Positions 23,519-31,190 of a DNA stretch of 64,000 bases are shown here, piece by piece. The notes beneath the pieces were generated by a model. It saw nothing but the letters and a program-made list of their open reading frames with translations. It did no database searches and had not been told where the DNA came from. This DNA comes from Eubacterium sp. (lineage in GTDB: Bacteria; Bacillota; Clostridia; Lachnospirales; Lachnospiraceae). A program made the translations under genes and the position numbers. The stretch covers positions 33,626 to 97,625 of the forward strand of contig JAXJVN010000005.1 in NCBI GenBank assembly GCA_036308545.1. The letters are read 5' to 3'. Position 1 is the stretch's first letter. Each line of letters opens with the position of its first letter.

Positions 23519-23944
23519 TCAGTCTTCTACAACGATTCCCATAGAACGTGCGGTTCCGGCAACCATGCTCATGGCTGCTTCAACGCTTGCTGCGTTCAGA
23601 TCCGGCATCTTAAGCTCTGCAATCTCTCTGACTTTATCTTTAGAAATTGTAGCGACCTTGTTCTTGTTGGGTTCGCCGGAAGCAGATTTCAGGTTGCAGG
23701 CTTTCTTCAGAAGGACTGCAGCCGGCGGAGTCTTTGTAATGAAGCTGAAGCTTCTGTCCGCATAAACAGTAATGACAACAGGGATGATCATATCGCCCTT
23801 ATCAGCAGTTCTGGCGTTGAATTCCTTGGTGAACTGACCGATATTGACGCCGTGCTGTCCCAGAGCCGGTCCGATAGGCGGAGCCGGATTAGCCTTGCCT
23901 GCCGGAATCTGTAATTTGATATATCCTGTAACTTTCTTTGCCAT
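23519..23944 (-). CDS. rplK: 50S ribosomal protein L11
   Basis: [25 protein letters not shown]. Confidence 0.97.
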   Translation of the reverse strand: MAKKVTGYIKLQIPAGKANPAPPIGPALGQHGVNIGQFTKEFNARTADKGDMIIPVVITVYADRSFSFITKTPPAAVLLKKACNLKSASGEPNKNKVATISKDKVREIAELKMPDLNAASVEAAMSMVAGTARSMGIVVED

Positions 23945-24036
23945 TTGGGCACCTCCTATAAATGTGGTATTTGCGGGATTTTCCCTCCCACGGGTGCTGC
24001 AGAGCGTTTATCCAAACGTTCTCTCTACATCCCATT

Positions 24037-24648
24037 TCAGTCGAGTTTCTCGACTTCCGCAAAGCTGATCTCGACCGGCGTAGCCCGACCGAACAGCTCT
24101 ACTTCGATTTTTACGGTCTGTTTGCTCTTGTTGATCTCGTTGATTGTACCCTCGACATCTTTCCATGCCCCGCCGACAACAACGATACGGTCACCGACCT
24201 CAAGGTCGATATCAACTTTGGCAGGAGCATCGATTCCAAGAGGAATCATTTCCTTCGCCGAAAGCGGAACAGGTTTGGATCCCGGACCCACGAAACCGGT
24301 AACACCGCGGGTATTGCGGACAACATACCAGGTTTCATCATTCATGATCATGTGAAGCAGAACGTATCCAGGGAAAAGTTTCTTCTGTACACGTTTCTTG
24401 GTGCCGCCTCTGACCTCAACGACTTCTTCCATCGGGACTCTGACTTCGAGGATCTGGTCTTCAAGATGACGATGCTCGATTGTCTTCTCGATGGTAGCCT
24501 TTACCTTATTCTCGTAACCGGAATAAGTGTGGGCGACGTACCACTTTGCTTCGCTGCTCTCCTGAATCTCTTCTTCCTGAAGCGGAGCGGAAGACGCCTC
24601 ATCCTCTTCGGCATTGACATTCAAGTTCATGTCTTCTGTCTCTGACAA
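24037..24648 (-). CDS. nusG: transcription termination/antitermination factor NusG
   Basis: WYVAHTYSGYENKV NGN domain and a C-terminal KOW domain, plus an acidic N-terminal extension of about 33 aa. Confidence 0.95.
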   Translation of the reverse strand: MSETEDMNLNVNAEEDEASSAPLQEEEIQESSEAKWYVAHTYSGYENKVKATIEKTIEHRHLEDQILEVRVPMEEVVEVRGGTKKRVQKKLFPGYVLLHMIMNDETWYVVRNTRGVTGFVGPGSKPVPLSAKEMIPLGIDAPAKVDIDLEVGDRIVVVGGAWKDVEGTINEINKSKQTVKIEVELFGRATPVEISFAEVEKLD

Positions 24649-24664
24649 GTGGTCTCCTCCTTCC

Positions 24665-24883
24665 TTACTTCATTAAAAGTTCCATGATCTGCAAACCAAG
24701 ACTGTCGATAAGTGTGATCAAAACAGAGACGACAACAGAAATTGCGACAACGGCGCCTGTCTGTTTCCCGAGCGTTTTCCGGTCGGTCCAGGTAATCTTG
24801 CCGAATTCTGCCTTCAGCCCTTTCCAGAAGCTGTTTTTCTTTTTCTGTTTCTTCTTATCTTTTACTTTGTTCTCTTCTGCCAT
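24665..24883 (-). CDS. secE: preprotein translocase subunit SecE
   Basis: Small protein with a single C-terminal TM segment, in the conserved position upstream of nusG. Confidence 0.9.
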   Translation of the reverse strand: MAEENKVKDKKKQKKKNSFWKGLKAEFGKITWTDRKTLGKQTGAVVAISVVVSVLITLIDSLGLQIMELLMK

Positions 24884-24901
24884 TCTTACACCGCCCTAAG
24901 A

Positions 24902-25051
24902 TTATTTGGTCTCTCTGTGCAGCGTGTGCTTCTTGCAGAATCTGCAGTACTTCTTCAATTCGAGTCTTTCAGGATGTTCTTTCTTATCCTTCGTCGTATT
25001 GTAGTTGCGCTGCTTGCACTCGGTACATGCTAATGTAATCCTTGTACGCAC
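24902..25051 (-). CDS. rpmG: 50S ribosomal protein L33 (49 aa, GTG start)
   Basis: My own translation reads [62 protein letters not shown] lies just before the GTG. The gene is absent from the ORF track because it is under 60 aa. Confidence 0.9.
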   Translation of the reverse strand: MRTRITLACTECKQRNYNTTKDKKEHPERLELKKYCRFCKKHTLHRETK

Positions 25052-25233
25052 GACTTCCACCTCCACTGATAATTTTTTTTGATGCGGTCTTCTCTTTTTA
25101 AAGGATTTCCTGTTTGTTTTCGGGTCTGCGTGAGAAATAAACCTGCTTACATAACAACAAACCCTTTGCGTATGCCATTCGCAAAAGGCAAAAAATCCGT
25201 AAAAAAAAAGGACCTATTCCACGTCACGGAGAA

Positions 25234-25263
25234 AATATATCACCGATAGGCAAGTCCTGTCAA
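25234..25263 (-). promoter_or_regulatory. candidate promoter of rpmG-secE-nusG
   Basis: TTGACA, 18-nt spacer, TATATT on the minus strand. Confidence 0.5.
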
Positions 25264-25361
25264 CTTATATTTATCTAAATACTTGCGTCCCGACTGGATG
25301 GGGATATGTTCGCTTACTGTCGCTTCGTGAATATGTCCCTGTCCAGTCGGGCTCCAGTACT

Positions 25362-26375
25362 TCAATCCTTATTACTGGGTTCCCACTCGCAGTAATCCGA
25401 CGCTTTTGTTCCTTCCGGAAGTTTTCCGCGGCTGTATTCGAGTTCAGGCGAGCGCATGCTGACGCGTACGCCGGAAGGAATAGACTGAACGACGAAGGTG
25501 TTGCCGCCGATGGTGACATCGTCTCCGATAATCGTCTCTCCGCCAAGGACAGACGCGTTGGAGTAAATGGTAACACGGTCCCCGATGGTAGGATGCCGCT
25601 TAACGCCTTTGAGTGCCTGGCCTTTTCTGGTGGACAGGCCGCCCAGCGTAACGCCCTGGTAAATCTTGGCGTTATCACCGATTATTGTCGTCTCACCGAT
25701 TACAATACCGGTTCCGTGATCGATGAAGAAGTATTTTCCTATTGTTGCTCCGGGATGAATATCGATTCCTGTAAGACTGTGGGCATGCTCTGTCATGATT
25801 CTTGGAATGAGCGGAACCTTGAGATCCCAGAGGACATGTGCAATCCGATAGGTCGAAATCGCGATAATGCCCGGATAGCTTAAGATGATCTCATCGTAAC
25901 CATACGCCGCCGGGTCACCATCCCAGGCAGCCTGGATATCGGTTGCCAGAATCTCCCTCAGCGCCGGAATTTCCTTCAGGAACTTATGTACAATTTCGGA
26001 GGCTTTTTCCAGCAGTTCGTCACGGGAAAGTCCTGCGTTCTCCTGATTAGACGGCAGCGCAATGGCAACCTGCTTGGTCAGATGATAATCAATAAACTCA
26101 ATTCTCTCTCCGATAATATAGCGAACATATTCACTGCGGACTCTTGTTTTGGAATAATATCCCGGAAAGAGTACCTGACGAACATTTTCCAAAATTTCAA
26201 TCAGCAGGGCACGGTTGAGAATGTTCTTTCCATTTAGTCTGGTACTGATCGGATACTCGTTATAGCTGTCAACAATGCGGTCAATCAGTTCATCCTCGGC
26301 ACCGTTTTTTCCAATCAGTCCAGGCGCATCTGGTTTTTCGTTATTATTTTGCAAAAAATCTGTTTCCCGGCTCAT
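25362..26375 (-). CDS. cysE: serine O-acetyltransferase
   Basis: Hexapeptide repeats and GIDIHPGATIGKYFFIDHGTGIVIGET, with an N-terminal SATase helical domain. Confidence 0.92.
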   Translation of the reverse strand: MSRETDFLQNNNEKPDAPGLIGKNGAEDELIDRIVDSYNEYPISTRLNGKNILNRALLIEILENVRQVLFPGYYSKTRVRSEYVRYIIGERIEFIDYHLTKQVAIALPSNQENAGLSRDELLEKASEIVHKFLKEIPALREILATDIQAAWDGDPAAYGYDEIILSYPGIIAISTYRIAHVLWDLKVPLIPRIMTEHAHSLTGIDIHPGATIGKYFFIDHGTGIVIGETTIIGDNAKIYQGVTLGGLSTRKGQALKGVKRHPTIGDRVTIYSNASVLGGETIIGDDVTIGGNTFVVQSIPSGVRVSMRSPELEYSRGKLPEGTKASDYCEWEPSNKD

Positions 26376-26462
26376 TATTTCCGCTCTTTCTTCCTATCTA
26401 AATGTATGGAAAGGCAATATTATACTGTGAGTGAGCATACCCGTTTGGTTCAGTGCTCGTGT

Positions 26463-26554
26463 AAAAAAAATCCCCGTGATAAATATAGACATCCGGCTTA
26501 TCCCTGCTTCAGGGAAGCGAAAGACAAGTCGATACCTATTCTAACACGGGGATT
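26463..26554 (-). terminator. complex terminator-like structure after the feo operon and upstream of cysE
   Basis: A 9-bp closing stem ATCCCCGTG / CACGGGGAT encloses about 66 nt, including an inner hairpin TCCCTG/CAGGGA. It is followed by T8 on the minus strand. Confidence 0.45.
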
Positions 26555-26584
26555 GATAAATTCCAACCGGAATAGTTTTTCCTG

Positions 26585-26854
26585 TTATTTTTTAAAGAAG
26601 CCTAACCTCTTTTTATCATAGGGTTCTTCTTTTACCGATTTCAAAGTATATCCTGTGGGGTCTATTGCCGCATGGAGCATCACTTCAAGTTCATTCCGGT
26701 CCTTATTTTCTTCCAGAAGAAAGGATGCTGTCCCTTTCCCACGATTTGCTTTAATCTTCGAAGCCTCCGGAATCCCTTTGCGGATGGCATCCTGTATATG
26801 GGATTCGCACATACCGCACATCATTCCTTCTACTTCTGCTGTGACTCTGACCAT
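26585..26854 (-). CDS. heavy-metal-associated (HMA) domain protein
   Basis: N-terminal VEGMMCGMCESHI, which is the GMxCxxC metal-binding loop. Confidence 0.8.
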   Translation of the reverse strand: MVRVTAEVEGMMCGMCESHIQDAIRKGIPEASKIKANRGKGTASFLLEENKDRNELEVMLHAAIDPTGYTLKSVKEEPYDKKRLGFFKK

Positions 26855-27045
26855 ATTTTATCCCAGTCTTTCTTCTTATTTATATTAGTGCAGCCGCTCG
26901 AGCAGGAACCGCAGCTTCCGCTGCAGCCTGAACAGGCTCCGCCGTTCAGCTGATTTTTAATATCCCGTATGCAGTAACGTCCGGCGAAAAAAACGGGAAC
27001 AGCCAATACAGCGATTACGATAATAGTTCCTATCATAGGGTTCAC
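26830..27045 (-). CDS. FeoB-associated Cys-rich membrane protein
   Basis: One N-terminal TM helix followed by GGACSGCSGSCGSCSSGC. It sits directly downstream of feoB. Confidence 0.8.
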   Translation of the reverse strand: MNPMIGTIIVIAVLAVPVFFAGRYCIRDIKNQLNGGACSGCSGSCGSCSSGCTNINKKKDWDKIWSESQQK

Positions 27046-27160
27046 CTCCTGTTCTCACGAATTCTTCATCGATATAATCAGTCGGAAACGGCTCCAGCCG
27101 CTCAAAAAGAACAGCTGAAGCCAAAGTTTCCTGATTCCTTCAAAAACTGTGAATTAATAG

Positions 27161-29455
27161 TTAGTTCTGAGATGCCTCAACAGAGGTAAGCGTACGCTCA
27201 TGCTCTTCCGGTACATAACCCTTGCGGACGAGTCCATAAACGATCAGGGCAATCAGGGCGATTGCTACTACTGTTCCGACTCCAAAGGTAAGTTCGCCGG
27301 TAGCAAGACCGATGATATTGTAGAAGATCAGTGCCAGGGAATATGCCCAGACAGTCATCCAGCCAATCGCGGCCCAGGTCCACTTGCGGTTGTTCATCTC
27401 ACGCTTGATTGCGCCGATTGCCGCAAAGCAGGGTGCGCACAGAAGGTTGAAGACCATGAAGGCGAACGCGGAAGCCGGCGTATAATCGGCAGCTACGCGG
27501 GCCCAGATTCCTTCACCATTATCTCCAAGTTCTTCTCCGGATGCCTCCTCGTCATAATTATACAGAACGCCGAAGGTTCCTACAACTTCCTCTTTTGCGA
27601 CAAGTCCCTGAACGGTTGCGACAGTAGGTTTCCAGCTTCCGAATCCGAGCGGACGGAAGACCGGAGATACCGCCTGACCGACAGATGCCAGGATGGAGTC
27701 ATCCATGGTGTTGACATCGTCAACCGAGACATTTCTCTTTTCAGCAAGCTCACTCAGGTAGGCGGTATTTTCCTCAATGCCCTGCTCTTCCCAGAGATTA
27801 TCAATCTTGCCGAACTGACCGTTTACAACACCGAAGCTGGACAGGAACCAGATTACGATAGTAGACAGAAGGATAACAGATCCTGCTCTCTTGATGAAGG
27901 ACCAGCCGCGCTCCCAGGTAGCGCGAAGAACGTTGCCTGCGGACGGAACGTGGTAAGCCGGAAGCTCCATAACGAAGGGCGCAGGCTCTCCCGCGAATGC
28001 CTTGAACTTCTTCAGGATGATACCGGACATAACAATGGAAGCCATGCCGATGAAGTATGCCGCTGCTGCGATGCCGGCGGATCCGCCGAAGATAGCGCCT
28101 GCGATCAGACCGATGATTGGAAGTTTTGCCCCGCACGGCATGAAGGTCGTGGTCATAACAGTTAATTTACGGTCACGGTCATTTTCAATGGTCCTTGTGG
28201 ACATGACGCCCGGAACACCGCATCCGGTAGCGACAAGCACCGGAATGAAAGATTTGCCGGAAAGTCCGAACTGGCGGAAAATACGGTCCATAACGAATGC
28301 GACACGGGCCATGTATCCGATATCTTCCAGGATTGCCAGGAAGAAGAACAGAACGAGCATCTGCGGTACGAAGCCAAGTACCGCGCCGACGCCGGCTACG
28401 ATACCATCCTGTACCAGGCTGTATACCCAGGAACCTTCTGCAACGCCGATGGCTCCGAGAATATTATCAAAGAGGGTCGGGACCCATTCGCCGAAGATTA
28501 CATCATTCGTGAAGTCCGTTGCCTTGGTACCGATTGAAATGCCCCAGCTTCCTACGGAGACTGCGTAAATCAGGAACATAATTCCGATAAAAATCGGAAG
28601 ACCGAGTACACGGTTGGTTACGATCTTATCGATCTTGTCGGAAACCGTCATTTTCTCCTGTCTCTTGGCCTTTACAACAGCTTCAGCGGTTACTTTTCCA
28701 ATGTAGTTGTATCTTTCATTTGTAATGATACTTTCAGCATCGTCTTCCTGACTTTTTTCAACCGCTTCGATGATCGGCTCAATTTTAGCGTTTTCACCGC
28801 TGCTGAGCTTGAGGTTCTTCAGAACCTTCTCGTCTCTTTCGAAAACCTTGATGGAATACCATCTGAGCAGTCTGTCGTCTACTTTGCCCTTCAGGACTTC
28901 TTCAATCTCTGCGAGTGCTTTTTCGACCTCATCACTGAAAACAACGGTATTGTCTACAGCTTTTTTGGACTTTGCGGCTTCCACTGCAAGCTGTGCAGCC
29001 TTATCCGTTCCTTCTTCTTTCAGAGCGGAAATTTCAACTGCCTGGCATCCCATCAGCTTGGCCAGCTTCTGGGTATCGATGGAGTCCTTGTTCTTGCGGA
29101 CCAGGTCCATCATGTTGACAGCCATGACGACAGGAATTCCCAGCTCAATCAGCTGAGTGGTCAGGTAAAGGTTACGCTCGATATTGGTACCATCGACGAT
29201 ATTCAGGATCGCGTCCGGCTTTTCATTTACCAAATACTGTCTGGAAACGACTTCCTCGAGTGTATAAGGTGAAAGGGAATAAATACCCGGAAGATCCTGA
29301 AGTACGACGTCCTTCTGATCCTTTACTTTTCCTTCCTTTTTTTCTACCGTAACGCCGGGCCAGTTTCCGACGTACTGATTTGCGCCGGTCAGTGCATTGA
29401 ACAGGGTTGTTTTTCCACAGTTCGGATTTCCGGCAAGTGCAATCTTAATTGCCAT
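27161..29455 (-). CDS. feoB: ferrous iron transporter FeoB
   Basis: G-domain motif GNPNCGKTTLFN followed by a polytopic membrane domain. Confidence 0.95.
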   Translation of the reverse strand: MAIKIALAGNPNCGKTTLFNALTGANQYVGNWPGVTVEKKEGKVKDQKDVVLQDLPGIYSLSPYTLEEVVSRQYLVNEKPDAILNIVDGTNIERNLYLTTQLIELGIPVVMAVNMMDLVRKNKDSIDTQKLAKLMGCQAVEISALKEEGTDKAAQLAVEAAKSKKAVDNTVVFSDEVEKALAEIEEVLKGKVDDRLLRWYSIKVFERDEKVLKNLKLSSGENAKIEPIIEAVEKSQEDDAESIITNERYNYIGKVTAEAVVKAKRQEKMTVSDKIDKIVTNRVLGLPIFIGIMFLIYAVSVGSWGISIGTKATDFTNDVIFGEWVPTLFDNILGAIGVAEGSWVYSLVQDGIVAGVGAVLGFVPQMLVLFFFLAILEDIGYMARVAFVMDRIFRQFGLSGKSFIPVLVATGCGVPGVMSTRTIENDRDRKLTVMTTTFMPCGAKLPIIGLIAGAIFGGSAGIAAAAYFIGMASIVMSGIILKKFKAFAGEPAPFVMELPAYHVPSAGNVLRATWERGWSFIKRAGSVILLSTIVIWFLSSFGVVNGQFGKIDNLWEEQGIEENTAYLSELAEKRNVSVDDVNTMDDSILASVGQAVSPVFRPLGFGSWKPTVATVQGLVAKEEVVGTFGVLYNYDEEASGEELGDNGEGIWARVAADYTPASAFAFMVFNLLCAPCFAAIGAIKREMNNRKWTWAAIGWMTVWAYSLALIFYNIIGLATGELTFGVGTVVAIALIALIVYGLVRKGYVPEEHERTLTSVEASQN

Positions 29456-29515
29456 CTTTCTCCTCCTCTTGCTGAATTCTATCTTTCACTGAATTCTGAT
29501 TTAAAAAAATGGTAT

Positions 29516-29737
29516 TTACTCTACCTCTACCATCTCGGCATCGCCTTTACGGACAGACAGTTCGTAATTGCGGATGGTAAGCTCCATTGGATCTCCTAAA
29601 GGGGCAACCTTGCGGACATAGATTTCAACACCTTTTGTGATGCCCATATCCATAATTCTGCGCTTGGTCGGTCCTTCGCCATGAAGTTTAACGACCTTAC
29701 AGGTAGCTCCAACCGGAACGTCTTTCAGGGTTTTCAT
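29516..29737 (-). CDS. feoA: FeoA family protein
   Basis: 73-aa SH3-like FeoA pattern (RRIMDMGITKGVEI). Confidence 0.9.
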   Translation of the reverse strand: MKTLKDVPVGATCKVVKLHGEGPTKRRIMDMGITKGVEIYVRKVAPLGDPMELTIRNYELSVRKGDAEMVEVE

Positions 29738-29765
29738 TTTTCTTTCCTCCTCCCCAAGTCTTCTA

Positions 29766-29984
29766 TTAAGGATTTACCATGATCTTAGAAGCCATTTCTT
29801 TTGTAAGAGCCAGCTTGGAATCTCTGATCTTCAGGATCATATTTCCGCCCGAAGTCTGAACGACAGTTACCTGAGTTTCCGGTGTAAATCCAAGATCCTC
29901 CAGGTGTTTCTTAATATCAGGAGATCCTGATACGCGGCCTACCGTTACGACCTCGCCGGCGTTAACCATAATAAGTGGAATCAT
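29766..29984 (-). CDS. feoA: FeoA family protein (second copy)
   Basis: 72-aa FeoA pattern (LEDLGFTPETQVTV). Confidence 0.9.
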   Translation of the reverse strand: MIPLIMVNAGEVVTVGRVSGSPDIKKHLEDLGFTPETQVTVVQTSGGNMILKIRDSKLALTKEMASKIMVNP

Positions 29985-30006
29985 CGTAAACCTCCAAAAA
30001 AAACAA

Positions 30007-30056
30007 ATTAGCTTACGCTAATCGTTAGTTTAGCTTTACTAACTTTCCTTTGTCAA
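30007..30056 (-). promoter_or_regulatory. feo promoter with two overlapping operator palindromes
   Basis: Minus-strand TTGACA (30051-30056), 18-nt spacer, TAAACT (30027-32). GTTAGT-N8-ACTAAC (30024-30043) covers the -10, and ATTAGC-N4-GCTAAT (30007-30022) covers the start region. Confidence 0.6.
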
Positions 30057-30117
30057 GGGGTTCGGCTCATCTTTCTAAAGAAATTATAAAAATCGTACGA
30101 ATTTTTTCCCAACTCAA

Positions 30118-30149
30118 TTGACAGTGATAGTTAGTTTGTATAAACTACA
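30118..30149 (+). promoter_or_regulatory. promoter of the AraC/ATPase operon with a related operator
   Basis: TTGACA (30118-23), 17-nt spacer, TAAACT (30141-46). GTTAGT-N8-ACTACA (30130-30149) overlaps the spacer and -10, and an extra GTTAGT half-site lies at 30155-60. Confidence 0.55.
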
Positions 30150-30315
30150 TTTGAAGTTAGTCCTTTCTTACTTTTATTGGTGTTATGTATGAATTTCGTA
30201 CCTGCAGCATTCTGAAGAGATGCACTCCCATCCTCTTTTATAGATGTGCCCTTGTTTTCTTAATCGGAGCGCATCCATGACAAGGCAGGCTCATTTTCTT
30301 TTAAGAGGTAAGTTT

Positions 30316-30678
30316 ATGAGTAACGTCACATTTGAAAATTATTCGCCTGCGCAGAAATCCCTGGCTGTTCAGATTGATTCCTTCCTGCGCTCCCACCTGG
30401 AAGAAAAAGTGACTATAGCCATGCTTGCAGATCAGTTTGAGTGCTCACCCACAACGATAAAAACAGCTTTTCGATCCTATTATGACCGGTCTGTATATTC
30501 TTCTTTCAAATCCATGAAGATGCGTGCAGCCGCCGAGGACCTCGCAGTTACAGACTGTTCCATCATGGCGATTGCAGCCAAGTATGGATACGTCAACTGC
30601 AGTAAATTTTCAGACGCTTTCCGCAAGGTCATGGGCAGCCTGCCCGGAAAATACCGCCGCGCAGCCCGAAAGAAATAA
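30316..30678 (+). CDS. AraC-family helix-turn-helix protein (DNA-binding domain only, 120 aa)
   Basis: HTH_18-like sequence (MLADQFECSPTTIKTAFRSYY ... IAAKYGYVNCSKFSDAFRKVMG). Start at MSNVTF, preceded by AAGAGG. Confidence 0.8.
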   Translation: MSNVTFENYSPAQKSLAVQIDSFLRSHLEEKVTIAMLADQFECSPTTIKTAFRSYYDRSVYSSFKSMKMRAAAEDLAVTDCSIMAIAAKYGYVNCSKFSDAFRKVMGSLPGKYRRAARKK

Positions 30679-30790
30679 AAAAATTTATGTCCTTTTGGAG
30701 TCTCTTTAAGCCTTTTTGGAGTAGAGACCGGTGCTCTGTTTTTTTAAAATTAATCTATTTAGAACAAACAACATATTCTTGGAGGATGAA

Positions 30791-30871
30791 ATGAAGTACC
30801 ATAAAGCATTTGCCTGGCTGACCGTTTTCTTTTTTCTGCTGACATTAATTGCCGGATACGAGAAGAAATAA
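30791..30871 (+). CDS. 26-aa hydrophobic micropeptide
   Basis: MKYHKAFAWLTVFFFLLTLIAGYEKK with GGAGGA 6 nt upstream. It is absent from the ORF track because of its size. Confidence 0.5.
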   Translation: MKYHKAFAWLTVFFFLLTLIAGYEKK

Positions 30872-30909
30872 AGTTTTAAGGGATTCTATCCTCAGAAAGG
30901 AAGAAAATT

Positions 30910-31176
30910 ATGAATTGGAAAAATGTAAGACTTGTAGCATGCGGAGCTCTTCTCAGCACACTGGGATATAGAATCGCTACCAGCAGGGACGCAAAGAAGG
31001 TTTATTCCTTCTTTACCGCCGCTGTAATCCGGGAGCGTGATTATATCATGAAAGGCGTCGACCACCTGAAGGAAAACGGCGGCGATATTCTTGCGGATGC
31101 CAAGGCCCGCAATGAAATGCTTGCTGCTGAAAAATCAGCCGTCATCAAAGATGAAGCTGAGGAAACCGAAGCTTAA
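30910..31176 (+). CDS. small membrane-anchored protein with an acidic C-terminus (PacL/DUF1490-like architecture)
   Basis: N-terminal hydrophobic helix VRLVACGALLSTLGY, a helical middle region (GGDILADAKARNEMLAAEK), and an acidic tail DEAEETEA. It ends 15 nt before the ATPase gene. Confidence 0.6.
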   Translation: MNWKNVRLVACGALLSTLGYRIATSRDAKKVYSFFTAAVIRERDYIMKGVDHLKENGGDILADAKARNEMLAAEKSAVIKDEAEETEA

Positions 31177-31190
31177 GGAAGCAGCTGCCA

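Noticed and set aside
26830-26854. The 25-nt overlap between the Cys-rich peptide gene and the HMA gene considered as a programmed frameshift site
   Set aside because: There is no slippery heptamer or downstream structure. The HMA ORF begins exactly at the conserved start of an HMA domain, so ordinary overlapping or coupled translation is the simpler reading.
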